This document shows, one piece after another, positions 1 through 9,349 of a DNA stretch of 41,832 bases. The stretch is from a virus (taxonomy: Duplodnaviria; Caudoviricetes): the IMG/VR virus record IMGVR_UViG_3300044878_000083, positions 1 through 41,832 of that record, one strand, 5' to 3'. Every line of letters starts with the position of its first letter. Within the stretch, counting starts at the first letter, position 1. The notes beneath the pieces were generated by a model. That model did not search any database. It was not told where the DNA came from and saw nothing but the letters and a program-made list of their open reading frames with translations. The translations under genes and the position numbers were made by a program.

Positions 1-127
1 GAAGCCTGGCTGATGTCGGCCGCCGACTTCTGCTGGCCTTGCATCATTCCGCCAACCGCTGCAATTGCTACGGGAATCAAAGCCATCCAACACAAGGTTC
101 ACTTCCTTTTCAGGCATTGCCTGCTGA
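1..127. repeat. Terminal direct repeat, copy 1 (circular assembly overlap)
   Basis: 1-127 is identical to 41706-41832. It cuts through a gene, and 127 is a typical assembler k-mer size. Confidence 0.95.
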
Positions 128-146
128 CAGATTTAGTTGATAAAGT
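117..146 (+). promoter_or_regulatory. Putative sigma70 promoter of the HNH cassette
   Basis: TTGCCT (117-122), 18-nt spacer, extended -10 TGaTAAAGT (138-146). The predicted start is near the first base of the structured leader. Confidence 0.5.
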
Positions 147-151
147 TCTTT

Positions 152-225
152 TGCGGCTAGGGATGCAACCCGAACTCCACCTAGTCAGTGGTTGCCGCAT
201 CCTTTCGACTGCCTTGACTAAGGTG
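152..225 (+). ncRNA. Candidate cis-regulatory structured RNA leader (three-way junction with loop-RBS pairing)
   Basis: TGCGGC/GCCGCA closing stem with inner GGG/CCC and CCAC/GTGG hairpins. CACCTAGTCA (178-187) is complementary to TGACTA-A-GGTG (215-225), which covers the RBS. Confidence 0.5.
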
Positions 226-230
226 CAAAA

Positions 231-767
231 ATGATCACTCAAGAACAGCTTAAGCAATACGTTGATTATGACCATGAAACTGGTGTTTTCACACGCCGGC
301 AAGATGCTGGTGGAAACCAGTTTGGGGCAACCTTTGCTCGATGGAAAGCAGGCCAGTCTATGGGGACGGCAACCAAGAAACGTGGAAATATCAGGATCGG
401 GATTTTTGGCCGCATATGGGAGGCTCACCGCCTTGCTTGGCTTTATCATTACGGTGCGTTTCCAAGCAGAAACATTGACCATATAAATGGCAATCCCGGA
501 GATAACCGAATTTGCAATCTTCGTGATGTGACTCAGGCCGAGAATAGCCGGAACATGAAGCGAGGCAAGCGCAATAGGACTGGTATGAATGGAGTTCACT
601 TCAACACCCAAGATGGGAGGCTTACGGTCCAAATAAGGATAGGCGGGAAGACTACCCATATAGGCGTGTTCGACAGTATTTTCGACGCGGCCTGCGCCAG
701 AAAATCGGCAGAGCTCCAGCTTGGATATCATGTCAACCATGGCCGCGATCCATTGAAAACCGCCTAA
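231..767 (+). CDS. HNH homing endonuclease with C-terminal AP2-like DNA-binding domain
   Basis: AHRLAW...IDHINGNPGDNRICNLR HNH motif and C-terminal GVHF...HIGVFD...AACARK. Antisense to the virion operon. Confidence 0.92.
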   Translation: MITQEQLKQYVDYDHETGVFTRRQDAGGNQFGATFARWKAGQSMGTATKKRGNIRIGIFGRIWEAHRLAWLYHYGAFPSRNIDHINGNPGDNRICNLRDVTQAENSRNMKRGKRNRTGMNGVHFNTQDGRLTVQIRIGGKTTHIGVFDSIFDAACARKSAELQLGYHVNHGRDPLKTA

Positions 768-1197
768 ACAAAAGTCCTGCCGGCCCATAAGGTTCGGCAC
801 TTCCCATGCTAAAGCCAAGCCATTCAAGCCAGCGGATGGCCGCCGTGTTACGCGTGTCGACGTAGTTGATCAGGGTTTGATGGCGCTCTAGCATCTGCGC
901 CACCAGCGGCTTGCAGATGCGCAAGAAGGCACGCGGGTGCTGTTCGATGGCATCGGTACTGATCAGCCACGGGATACCGATCCCGGCGCCTGGGCTGTAG
1001 CAGACATCGCCAAATGCCGCCAGCGGGGTATCGCCCCAAGCAATGACGTGAGCGGCCACGCTGGAGCGTAGGCCAAGCGTTAACGCCGAAGCAATGGATT
1101 GGCCGCAACCTTCTTCGATCTCGTCTCGGTCGGCCTGGCGTGCTGATCTGGCAATCGGATCGATGTCGTCGGCGGTCATGCGCCTGACATTGATCAC
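733..1197 (-). CDS. Internal virion protein A-like (T7 gp13-like, GNAT-like fold)
   Basis: ADRDE and NYVDTRNTAAIRWLEWLGF motifs. Lies directly after tail tubular B. Confidence 0.75.
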   Translation of the reverse strand: MINVRRMTADDIDPIARSARQADRDEIEEGCGQSIASALTLGLRSSVAAHVIAWGDTPLAAFGDVCYSPGAGIGIPWLISTDAIEQHPRAFLRICKPLVAQMLERHQTLINYVDTRNTAAIRWLEWLGFSMGSAEPYGPAGLLFRRFSMDRGHG

Positions 1198-3539
1198 AGC
1201 TTGCCACCGGTTTCATCGCGGGGAATGGCGGCGATCACGTTCATCGGCAGCGGGTCATCCTGCACGATGAAGAAACAGCCGGTGTTCTCCCAGGTGTCGC
1301 TGACGCTGACTTCAGCCAGGCCATTGATTGCCGCCATGCTGCCGTAGTTGTCGCTGATCGACCGTTGCTTCATGTCGAACAGGCTGGTTTCCTTGCTGCC
1401 GACCTTGCCGCCGCGTGAATCTTTCAGCAACAGCGACACGCTGGCCACTTGCACGGGTTTGTCCAGCAGCGTTTCCTGGCCGGCGATGTTGATCGGCAGG
1501 GTTTCCGCCAGCGAGCGATAGGGCAGGCCGATATGCACGATGGCCGACGGGTCAGGAATGGTGATGGCGCCGCCGGTGACGACCTGTTGCGGCGCCACGT
1601 TACCGTCTGCCAGCACGGACACCACCTTGCCTTCCAAGTGCGCCAGGCCGGTGAAGGTGTCGCGGGCGAAGGCCCACAGGTTGAACGCCACGCCACGGAT
1701 CTCTGGTGGAACCACGCCGAGCGGCTGCACCTGCACGACGGTGGGGCTGGTGTAGGCCAGGATCTTGAAGCGGAAGGGCTCGGCAATCGGGGTGGCGGTG
1801 TATTGCAGCATGTCGCCCACGTCACCAGCAGCAAACATCGCCGTGGACGCGGTGGCGGTCAGCGTCTCAGGGGACTGCCAGTTGGTTCCGCCGGTGATCG
1901 TCAGGGTGGTGGCCGGGTTCATGTTGGCGCCGTTGAAGACCAGGCCACAGTCAACAAAGTGCGATCGGCTGATGATCGGGGTGCCACGGTAGCGCTCCAT
2001 GATGCGGTTGGCGAAGCGTTCGATGTAGCGCTTGGTCACGCCACCAATGTCGCGTTCCACGCAGACGTACACGGCATCGTCGCGGCCTTCCGGCACGGAA
2101 CACACGGAGGTATAGCGGCCATCCGTGTGCTGGTGTGACCAGCCGTTTACGTCCTGCTCGGGGATGTAGGTACAGTTGACCAATGCGCCGTCAGAGCGGG
2201 CTGCCCAGATGACGTGGTAGGGGATCTTCTGATAATCCCAATCAACCAGGCTGTAGTCCTCGATCAGATGCGGCGACAGGATGCTGATCGTGCTGCCGCT
2301 GAAGCCATCGGCCTGCAGGCTGTAGCCGAAGGCAGTCACTTCGCGGCCGCGTTCCTGGGCATAGACGACACTGGTGCCGATAAGCAGCGGCCGAAGCTGG
2401 CCAATGCCGTTGTATGACTGCGCATCGCCGTTGATGGTCTTGGCAGTGAAGCCGGCCTGCGATCCCTGGATCAGCCATTCGGCGCCATCAGTGAAAGGCA
2501 GCAGGGATTTCAGCGGGACAAGGTGCATGATCGTATTTACTTCGTTGCTCGCCAGCGTCCAGGTGATCGCGTCGTCATCCTTCTGCGGCGTTGAATAGCC
2601 GAAGTTCATGAACACACCGGTTTTGCTGAACCACAGGGTTTGCGGTTTGTTCAGTGTCGCGGCGTAGGCCAGGCGCTGCTGGTAGTAGCCCACGGCGCGG
2701 GGGAAATTGCCGGCGCCAATGAACGGATCGGTGCCGGTCGGCGGCGTGTCGGTCTTGGTCGGGGCGATGTTGTTATCGGTGAAGGTCAGGGCGTTGGCCT
2801 TGCCGACAAAGCCGTAAATGCCAGAGCCCGCGTTGTCCTTGTACACGTTGTAATAGGCGGCGCCGACCACTGCCGGCCAGATCACGGTCGCCTGCACGTT
2901 GCTGTTGAACACGGTCACGCTGTTGGATGTCACGGGCAGCGATTCTTCGATGGAGTTGCTGCCATCGTCCAGCACGGCGGTGATCTGGTATTTCCAAACT
3001 TGGGTGTTGCCTGTGCCGCCGCCCGGGGTGGTAGCCGTGGCGCTGGCGGGGGCGGCCACGCTTGGCACCAGAGAAACCGGCGTGATTGTCCAATTGTCAT
3101 GGGCAAAACGCTTTAGCTTCTGAGGCTTGTGGTTGACCTGCACCATGTCCATCACGTCACCGGACTGGGTGAAGTTGATCGAGAACAGTTCGTCGCGGGT
3201 GAACGGGGTAACCAGCGTAAACGGTAGGCCGATGTTTGGGCCGGCAGTGTTCAGCACCAGGCCGCCGTTGCGGTAGACGCGCATGGCCAAGTGGGTGAAT
3301 TCCAGCGCGTAGGCGTCCGCATTGTTGAACTTGAAGCGGATCAGGCGAGCCACTTCGTTGTTCAGCGTCTGCGCGATGAAGTAGGAGCCGGCCCGGTTCA
3401 CGAAGCCGCCATAGGGCGTGACGATGTAATTGCTCAGCTGTTTCAGGCCGTTTTGGTAGGCGGCCAGGTCCACGCGGCCGAACAGTTGCGGGCCGATCTC
3501 GCCACGGCTGAAGCTGGTTTGAATGATGCTGGTGGTCAT
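1194..3539 (-). CDS. Tail tubular protein B (nozzle)
   Basis: 781 aa, N-terminal QTSFSRGEI and YYQQRL motifs, synteny with T7/BPP-1-type tails. Confidence 0.9.
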   Translation of the reverse strand: MTTSIIQTSFSRGEIGPQLFGRVDLAAYQNGLKQLSNYIVTPYGGFVNRAGSYFIAQTLNNEVARLIRFKFNNADAYALEFTHLAMRVYRNGGLVLNTAGPNIGLPFTLVTPFTRDELFSINFTQSGDVMDMVQVNHKPQKLKRFAHDNWTITPVSLVPSVAAPASATATTPGGGTGNTQVWKYQITAVLDDGSNSIEESLPVTSNSVTVFNSNVQATVIWPAVVGAAYYNVYKDNAGSGIYGFVGKANALTFTDNNIAPTKTDTPPTGTDPFIGAGNFPRAVGYYQQRLAYAATLNKPQTLWFSKTGVFMNFGYSTPQKDDDAITWTLASNEVNTIMHLVPLKSLLPFTDGAEWLIQGSQAGFTAKTINGDAQSYNGIGQLRPLLIGTSVVYAQERGREVTAFGYSLQADGFSGSTISILSPHLIEDYSLVDWDYQKIPYHVIWAARSDGALVNCTYIPEQDVNGWSHQHTDGRYTSVCSVPEGRDDAVYVCVERDIGGVTKRYIERFANRIMERYRGTPIISRSHFVDCGLVFNGANMNPATTLTITGGTNWQSPETLTATASTAMFAAGDVGDMLQYTATPIAEPFRFKILAYTSPTVVQVQPLGVVPPEIRGVAFNLWAFARDTFTGLAHLEGKVVSVLADGNVAPQQVVTGGAITIPDPSAIVHIGLPYRSLAETLPINIAGQETLLDKPVQVASVSLLLKDSRGGKVGSKETSLFDMKQRSISDNYGSMAAINGLAEVSVSDTWENTGCFFIVQDDPLPMNVIAAIPRDETGGKL

Positions 3540-4141
3540 GCGTGCGCCTCCGCTTCATAGATCGAAATCGGCGGGTTGTCCGGCTGCTGCTGGTTGAGGC
3601 TGGCGGCCATCGCTACCTGCGTCCATTGCTCGGCCATCTGGAACAGGGCCTGGGCGGTGGCCAGGTCTTTTTTCAGTGGGGTGCAGATCAGGCCGGCCAT
3701 CTGGTAGGACAGCGCCATGACAAAGTTGGACGGCAGGCGCTCGGCCGGCAAGCCACGGGAGATGTACAGCAGTTCGGCCTGTGGCATGTCGGTCACGATG
3801 GACAGGCTGACGTCACCTTGCTGCAGGTCGTAGGGGATTTCCTGGCCTTGCATCGGGTTGCGCGTGCCGGGGATCACAATCTGGATGGCACGCACACAAT
3901 CGTTTGGGTACATGTAGCGGTAGAGCCAGTTAGTTGGCGGGCTGCCGATGTCGGCCAGGGCCACGCTTTTTGTGGCAAAACCCCAGTCCGCCGATTTGTA
4001 CGCCAGCAGGGCATCGAGGGCGGTCGGGTAAAACGTGCTGCACACGATGGCTTCCATGCTTTGTTCGTCAACGCTGGCAACCTTCGACGTACTGCCGACG
4101 TGGAACAGGGCCATGTTGTAGATCTCGATCTTGCTCGCCAT
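3536..4141 (-). CDS. Tail tubular protein A (adaptor)
   Basis: 201 aa, IYNMAL...WGFA...YRYMYPNDC motifs, upstream of tubular B. Confidence 0.88.
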   Translation of the reverse strand: MASKIEIYNMALFHVGSTSKVASVDEQSMEAIVCSTFYPTALDALLAYKSADWGFATKSVALADIGSPPTNWLYRYMYPNDCVRAIQIVIPGTRNPMQGQEIPYDLQQGDVSLSIVTDMPQAELLYISRGLPAERLPSNFVMALSYQMAGLICTPLKKDLATAQALFQMAEQWTQVAMAASLNQQQPDNPPISIYEAEAHA

Positions 4142-4166
4142 GGGGCGTCCTCCAGCGGCGCAAATG

Positions 4167-4187
4167 AAAAGGGGCCTTTCGGCCCCT
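4167..4187 (-). terminator. Intrinsic terminator after the head genes
   Basis: Minus strand GGGGCC-GAAA-GGCCCC followed by TTTT. Confidence 0.8.
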
Positions 4188-4201
4188 GTTATGGTAGTGG
4201 A

Positions 4202-4612
4202 TTAAGCGTCAGGAAGGTTCGCGTCCTCTTCTTCCTCTTGCAGTGGTGGTTGAGCGCCGCCGCCACTTGGCCCAGGCATCACCGGTTCACCGCCGGCATT
4301 CAAGCGCAACGCTTCCTGCTCGGCCAGTTCCCTGGCATTGCCTTCGTCCTTCTTGAACACACGACTGAAGCGCTCGCCGTCCTTGTTCAGCACAACCCAA
4401 TTCCCTGCTGGTACGTGCTTGATGGTGAAGCCCAGGCCGGCGTCCGGTGCCGGCGCTGATGCTGCCTTGGCCGCTTCCTTCGGCTCCAGGCGTTCCATCC
4501 ACTTTTCGGAAAAGGCTTCTTCTTCCACGGCGAAGGTTGAACCAACTTCGCGCAGCGATCCCAAGAAGCCCATCTGTATTGCTCGCACCATAAAGCTGGT
4601 GTTTTTTGCCAT
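4202..4612 (-). CDS. Hypothetical head-region protein
   Basis: ORF with GGAGTGGGG RBS before the ATG at 4612. Follows the cement gene. Confidence 0.7.
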   Translation of the reverse strand: MAKNTSFMVRAIQMGFLGSLREVGSTFAVEEEAFSEKWMERLEPKEAAKAASAPAPDAGLGFTIKHVPAGNWVVLNKDGERFSRVFKKDEGNARELAEQEALRLNAGGEPVMPGPSGGGAQPPLQEEEEDANLPDA

Positions 4613-4641
4613 GTTCCCCACTCCTTACGCTAGGCGCTCAG

Positions 4642-5079
4642 TTAAACCACTTTGCTGAGCGAATCAGGGTAGGCGCGTTCAACCGTCATGCCATCGACGA
4701 CCTGGGCGCTCAGGGTGCCGCCAGTGAACGGGCCGGAAGCGATGGTGTAGTTGTTGCGGATGTAGCGGCGCATCTTGGCCGGCAGTGGGATGTACAGGCG
4801 AGTGCCCACTGGCAGGCTGGCCACGGCGATTGGCGGCAGGCTCAGCACATCCGCGAACGACGAGTTATCCGCCGAGTCTTGCAGGGCGATGGCCAGGGTG
4901 CCGGCGCCGGTCATGGTTGCGGTGACGGTGATTTCCATGAACAGCTGGGTGCCGCCGCCGAGGTCACGGCCAATGGCCGCGTTCTTGGTGGAACCGGCGT
5001 CGATCACGTCGGTGGATACGGCCGTCACAGTGATGGCTTGGTTGTTGGAGACTTGCAGGAAGCGGTCGATGATGCTCAT
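4642..5079 (-). CDS. Capsid cement/decoration protein (BPP-1 Bbp16-like)
   Basis: MxIID...STDVID...LQDSAD...RRYIR pattern, directly after the major capsid gene. Confidence 0.85.
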   Translation of the reverse strand: MSIIDRFLQVSNNQAITVTAVSTDVIDAGSTKNAAIGRDLGGGTQLFMEITVTATMTGAGTLAIALQDSADNSSFADVLSLPPIAVASLPVGTRLYIPLPAKMRRYIRNNYTIASGPFTGGTLSAQVVDGMTVERAYPDSLSKVV

Positions 5080-5140
5080 GTTCTTTCCTCGATCTTGAAA
5101 AGCAAAAGGTCATTGCCGCCCATTGCTGAGCGGCGTTGAA

Positions 5141-6145
5141 TCAGACCACGCGGGCTTCGTTGGACAGGATTGCGTCCATGCGACGAACAGGAACGTCGTC
5201 GAACATCACGGCTTTCTTGCCAGCTACTTCGCCCATGTTGATGAACACGTTTTTGCTGTTCTTGATCTGGCGGCGCAGGTAAGAACGAATCACACGGGGC
5301 ACGTAGAAGCGCAGGGTGCCGGTCGTTTCGTTTGGCAGCAGTTCCAGCATCTGCACCATGATGTCGACCAGATCCGGGCCGGTCGCGGCGTCCTTCTTCA
5401 GCGTGTTCACGTCGATGTTGGCGGCGCGCACCACATAACGCCAGTCACGCACGGTCAGGCCGGCGTCCCAGCTGTAGTGGGTGCGGTAGCCTTCGTACTT
5501 GCCAGGCGGGGTCTGGTTGTCCAGCAGGGTTTCTTCCTTGGTTTCCCCGATCTGGATACCGCCCACCGAACCGTCCGGGAAGATCCCGTGCACGGTTGTA
5601 TCGCCCCAGGCGATCAGCCACATGGAAGTGTTGGTGGAACCGGTGCCGCCGCAGTCGATGATGTTGTCACCGTTCTCAGCCGACAGGCTGTTGAAGCGAG
5701 GTGCCAGGCCGGTGATGCGTTCCGGGTTGACGGCGGCGTCACCATAGATCAGCTGGGTGCCCATGTTTTGCGACATGCCTTCAAGGAAAGCACGGCTCTC
5801 GGACATCATGAAGCCTTCTTTGTCCTTGGAGATCGCCACCAGCTTCTTGTCGATCTCGGAGTAGGTTTCAAGCATGCCGGTCTGATCGCGGATCTGAACG
5901 GTGGTCGATTTCTCGGGCTGCACACCGTAGTTCAGTTTGCGCCAGGTGCCGGATGGCAGGCCGGACCGCACGGTGGTCTTGTGGCCGGTGCCGTCGTTGC
6001 CCGGCATCCATGGGATGTCCTGAAGCATTTCGTTTTGCAGGGAAAGGATCTCGATGATGATCGCGATTTTCTTCCCGGCGTCAGTACCTTCCTGGCGTTT
6101 CGCCAAGTCGGCCAGCGTCAGCGAGACGGTAGAGAGCAATGCCAT
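5141..6145 (-). CDS. Major capsid protein (BPP-1/epsilon15 type)
   Basis: 334 aa, GLPSGTWRKLNYGV and VPVRRMDAIL motifs, position after the scaffold. Confidence 0.92.
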   Translation of the reverse strand: MALLSTVSLTLADLAKRQEGTDAGKKIAIIIEILSLQNEMLQDIPWMPGNDGTGHKTTVRSGLPSGTWRKLNYGVQPEKSTTVQIRDQTGMLETYSEIDKKLVAISKDKEGFMMSESRAFLEGMSQNMGTQLIYGDAAVNPERITGLAPRFNSLSAENGDNIIDCGGTGSTNTSMWLIAWGDTTVHGIFPDGSVGGIQIGETKEETLLDNQTPPGKYEGYRTHYSWDAGLTVRDWRYVVRAANIDVNTLKKDAATGPDLVDIMVQMLELLPNETTGTLRFYVPRVIRSYLRRQIKNSKNVFINMGEVAGKKAVMFDDVPVRRMDAILSNEARVV

Positions 6146-6178
6146 GGTTTAAATCCTCTTCACTTTTTCGGGGTGGTG

Positions 6179-6952
6179 TTACTTTTTGAACAGGTGGCCA
6201 AACATGATGTCTTCGCCTCGGCGCTCGGTTACTGCTGGATCGCCTCCTTGCACAAAGTTATCGGGGGACATCTTAGAACCAATTGCAACCATCATCTTGA
6301 AAAATTCCGGGTGCGATCCCACGCCAGTGTAGGCAACCAGCTGGCGAAATTCCGGTGTGCCGAACTGTTGAATCACTTTCGACGCGGTGGCCAGCGATTC
6401 GCCAAACTTCTCGCCGCCGATTTCCGGCAGGTTTTTACACTCTTCGGCCAGGCGCGTGTTGAGTGCAACGATCTGTTGCTCAGCGGCCTGCATCTGCTCT
6501 TCCGGGGTGCCGGCGAGCTTCTGCTGAATACCCAGGAACTTTTCGAAAACCTCCTGGGCCTTCTCTTGCGACAGGCCAAGGTCTTTGAATATCTCGTGAA
6601 CCTCGGGCATGACGGCTTCGTCGAGTTCGATGCCGTCCGGGGCTTTGAACGCCTCGTAAACTTCCGGGGCGCCTTCGTCCGGCTTGTCGTCTTTCTTCTC
6701 GCCTTCCTCGCCTTCTTTCTTCTCGCCTTCAGGCTTTTCGCCTGCAGGAGCGAGATCGGTTTTTTCGTCAGTTTTCAGGTCGCCCAGCAGGCTGGAACCT
6801 TCAACGTTTACAGGGGTTTCGCCGTTTGGAGCGAGGTCGGAACCTGTGGGAGCGGGATCGTTTCCGCCGCCGCCACCTTGGCCGCCATCCGCTGGCGCTT
6901 CGTTCATCAGCACAAGACCGAACAATTTACGCAGTGCGTTGATACCGTGCAT
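6179..6952 (-). CDS. Head scaffolding protein
   Basis: Acidic low-complexity N-terminus, GLSQEKAQ and GVGSHPE motifs, between portal and capsid. Confidence 0.8.
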   Translation of the reverse strand: MHGINALRKLFGLVLMNEAPADGGQGGGGGNDPAPTGSDLAPNGETPVNVEGSSLLGDLKTDEKTDLAPAGEKPEGEKKEGEEGEKKDDKPDEGAPEVYEAFKAPDGIELDEAVMPEVHEIFKDLGLSQEKAQEVFEKFLGIQQKLAGTPEEQMQAAEQQIVALNTRLAEECKNLPEIGGEKFGESLATASKVIQQFGTPEFRQLVAYTGVGSHPEFFKMMVAIGSKMSPDNFVQGGDPAVTERRGEDIMFGHLFKK

Positions 6953-7267
6953 TTACTCTTCCCCCATTGGGTTGGTTTTTAGTGCGTCTTCGCGTGCTTC
7001 GTCGACCATCTTCTGGTACTTCTCTGGCGTGAAGGTGTCGATCAGTTGCATCAGTTGCAGGCCGGCTGATCGGCGCCCGGATGTTCTGGCAAGAATCAGC
7101 GCGTCACTGCTGAAGCCTTCCTGAAACACGCCGTACTGCTCCAGCAGATACCACATCAGGGCGCGCCCGGAACGGCTGCCCATCATGTACTGGGCGCCGC
7201 TTCTGATGCGGTTGGCCAGCAGTCTACTGGCTTCGGCCTGAACCTTCAAAACTGCCTCATCATCCAT
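6953..7267 (-). CDS. Small conserved head-region protein (Bbp19-like)
   Basis: GRALMWYLL...GRRSAGL motif, directly after the portal. Confidence 0.7.
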   Translation of the reverse strand: MDDEAVLKVQAEASRLLANRIRSGAQYMMGSRSGRALMWYLLEQYGVFQEGFSSDALILARTSGRRSAGLQLMQLIDTFTPEKYQKMVDEAREDALKTNPMGEE

Positions 7268-8996
7268 TCGACGATGCTCCAGTGATTGCGCTCAATGCCG
7301 TGTCGCCACCGGTTGGCGTTTCGGAAAGAGTCTTGGCGCTATCGGCCAGGGCCTTGCCTTGTTCCATGGCCATCATTTGCTGTTGCTGGTTGGCGCGGTT
7401 CTGGCGGATCGCCGCCACTTCATCATCCCCACGGAGGATAGTCGGTGGTGCGCCGATGGCGTCGTAGTACTCATCCTGGGCCGCGTCCGGGTTGAACTTG
7501 TCGCCGGCTTCTTGGAAGCCTGCGCCCATCAGCATGCCGGTGAATTGCGCGGCGCGTTGGATTGACGACGTGGCTACGGCCTTCTGCGCCTGGGCCAGCA
7601 CGCTGATGTAACCGATCTCCAGCTTCATGTCCTGCAGTTCTTCCGGCGGGATCGGCAACAGTGGCTCACCGGGCAACAGGCCCATCCAGCGCGGCATCGA
7701 TTGTTCAACCATGGCATCGAAGGTCAGGGTGACCACGCGGTCCAGCAATTCCTTTTCGTTGCGCTCGATCACCGGGCCAAGCATGGCGATCTTCTCTTCC
7801 TGCAGCTGGGCCACTTCATACGCGGTCATGGTGGAGTCGCGGTTGGTGATCAGCAAAAACAGGTCTTCGGAAAATGCCTCGCCGATGTCGGTTTCGCATT
7901 CGTTGATCTCGGCGCGCAGGTTGCCGATGGCGTTCGGGTCCGGCACGTAGGTCGGTTGCATGGCCAGGCCAATCAGGTTGTCCGGCACCCAGTTGATGCC
8001 GCCCGGGACGATGGAGCCGCCACCCAAACCTTTGAGGCTGACGGGCGCGGTTCGGTTCGGGTTGGACAGGTGCGAGATCAGGCGCATTTTGTCCGACTCG
8101 AGTTTTTGCAGTTCCCGTGATTTCGGCAGGGCAATGTACCCAGGTCCGGTGCCGTAGACGTTGTTGCCGGTGACAATCCAGCGCGGGGCGGCAATCGGGA
8201 ATTGCTTGAAGCCACTGCGGCGCAGGATGCCGCAATTGTCGCCGCCGGCGTTCGATTCCCAGTAGGTCGACTTGTAGGCCATCGACAGGTTGTCGACGTA
8301 ACGCATGTCGGCATCCGGGTTGGGCTCGATCATGTGGTGCACGGTGACGCGGGTGATGTCGCCGCGCTCGGCCGCCAGCCGGGTCTGTGCCGACACGTTG
8401 TCGATGCCGAACTTCTGCACCATCTGCCGCGGCGTCATCTGCTCGTAACGGTAGAAGGTATCAACGTCGCCCTGGTCGTTGGTGTCCAGGCAGTAAGAGC
8501 CGCACGGGTAATGGGTGAACCGAATCACTTCGTCCTTGTGCGGAACACAGGACATTGCGGCCGTGCCGAAGATGCCTTCGGAGTTGTAGACCTGCTCAAG
8601 CGATTCATACAGGTTGGTTTTCGACAGCGTCAGGCGCAGGGCATTTTGTACGGCATAGAGCCAGCGGCGAACCGGCATAGTGTCCTTGGCGTCTTTAGGC
8701 CGCACCACTTCGAACCACGGCCGCGACTTGCTGGACATGCCGCTGGACATCCCGGCGGACAGGCGTTCGCTGGAACGGATCGGCTTCGGGTTGTTGATCT
8801 TCTGGTCGCGGCGTTCGCCCGAATTGGCCACGTCGCCTTCGAACTGCGCCGAGTAGGGCGAAATGTAGGCGCGCAGATCCTTGTAGACCGGCAGCCAGGA
8901 TTTATTGCGCTCGTTGACCAGCGCGTTGGCCTTTTTCTGAAGGCGCTCAAGCTCGGCGTAGTGCTTGTTTTTGCCGCCTTTTTTTTTGTCTTCCAT
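7260..8996 (-). CDS. Portal (head-tail connector) protein
   Basis: 578 aa, RPWF, PRW...YGTGPG and MTAYEV...EEK...LGPV motifs of T7/BPP-1-like portals. Confidence 0.93.
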   Translation of the reverse strand: MEDKKKGGKNKHYAELERLQKKANALVNERNKSWLPVYKDLRAYISPYSAQFEGDVANSGERRDQKINNPKPIRSSERLSAGMSSGMSSKSRPWFEVVRPKDAKDTMPVRRWLYAVQNALRLTLSKTNLYESLEQVYNSEGIFGTAAMSCVPHKDEVIRFTHYPCGSYCLDTNDQGDVDTFYRYEQMTPRQMVQKFGIDNVSAQTRLAAERGDITRVTVHHMIEPNPDADMRYVDNLSMAYKSTYWESNAGGDNCGILRRSGFKQFPIAAPRWIVTGNNVYGTGPGYIALPKSRELQKLESDKMRLISHLSNPNRTAPVSLKGLGGGSIVPGGINWVPDNLIGLAMQPTYVPDPNAIGNLRAEINECETDIGEAFSEDLFLLITNRDSTMTAYEVAQLQEEKIAMLGPVIERNEKELLDRVVTLTFDAMVEQSMPRWMGLLPGEPLLPIPPEELQDMKLEIGYISVLAQAQKAVATSSIQRAAQFTGMLMGAGFQEAGDKFNPDAAQDEYYDAIGAPPTILRGDDEVAAIRQNRANQQQQMMAMEQGKALADSAKTLSETPTGGDTALSAITGASSNG

Positions 8997-9001
8997 CAGG
9001 A

Positions 9002-9346
9002 TCAGCTCCCCAAGAGGCTCTTCATCGACGTGGATGCCGGGGCCGACAAGCCTTGCGAGCCGGTGAGGATGGTGCCCGACAAGCCGGCGGCGGCGAGCTG
9101 TCGTTTTCTCTGCGCTTCACGGGCGGCCAGGGTGTCGTCACTGACGGCCACAGGCACCGATTCGGATGTGACGGTGCCGGCTGCCTCTGCGGCATCCTTG
9201 GCAGCCTTGGCAGCCGCCTCGGTGGGCGATAGGGCGCGATCCGATCCATAAAGCGTATCGCCGACCGGATCAGGCAAGCCGAACTTCTTGCCGAACTGGT
9301 GACCCAGGTCGAATTTCGCGACGGTTTTTCTGATTGATTTGGTCAT
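9002..9346 (-). CDS. Small virion assembly protein
   Basis: C-terminal GTILTG...KSLLG motif typical of the gene preceding the portal in this group. Confidence 0.7.
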   Translation of the reverse strand: MTKSIRKTVAKFDLGHQFGKKFGLPDPVGDTLYGSDRALSPTEAAAKAAKDAAEAAGTVTSESVPVAVSDDTLAAREAQRKRQLAAAGLSGTILTGSQGLSAPASTSMKSLLGS

Positions 9347-9349
9347 TGC

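Noticed and set aside
1-127. Biological terminal repeat
   Set aside because: The length matches an assembler k-mer and the repeat cuts through a gene, so it indicates circular assembly rather than physical genome ends.
99-827. 242-aa minus-strand ORF over the HNH gene
   Set aside because: It is the antisense frame of a clear HNH gene, has no recognisable domain, and has no good start.
5123-6982. Long plus-strand ORFs (619 aa here, 682 aa at 30621-32669, 716 aa at 35586-37736)
   Set aside because: These are antisense shadows of GC3-rich genes, with no motifs or RBS.
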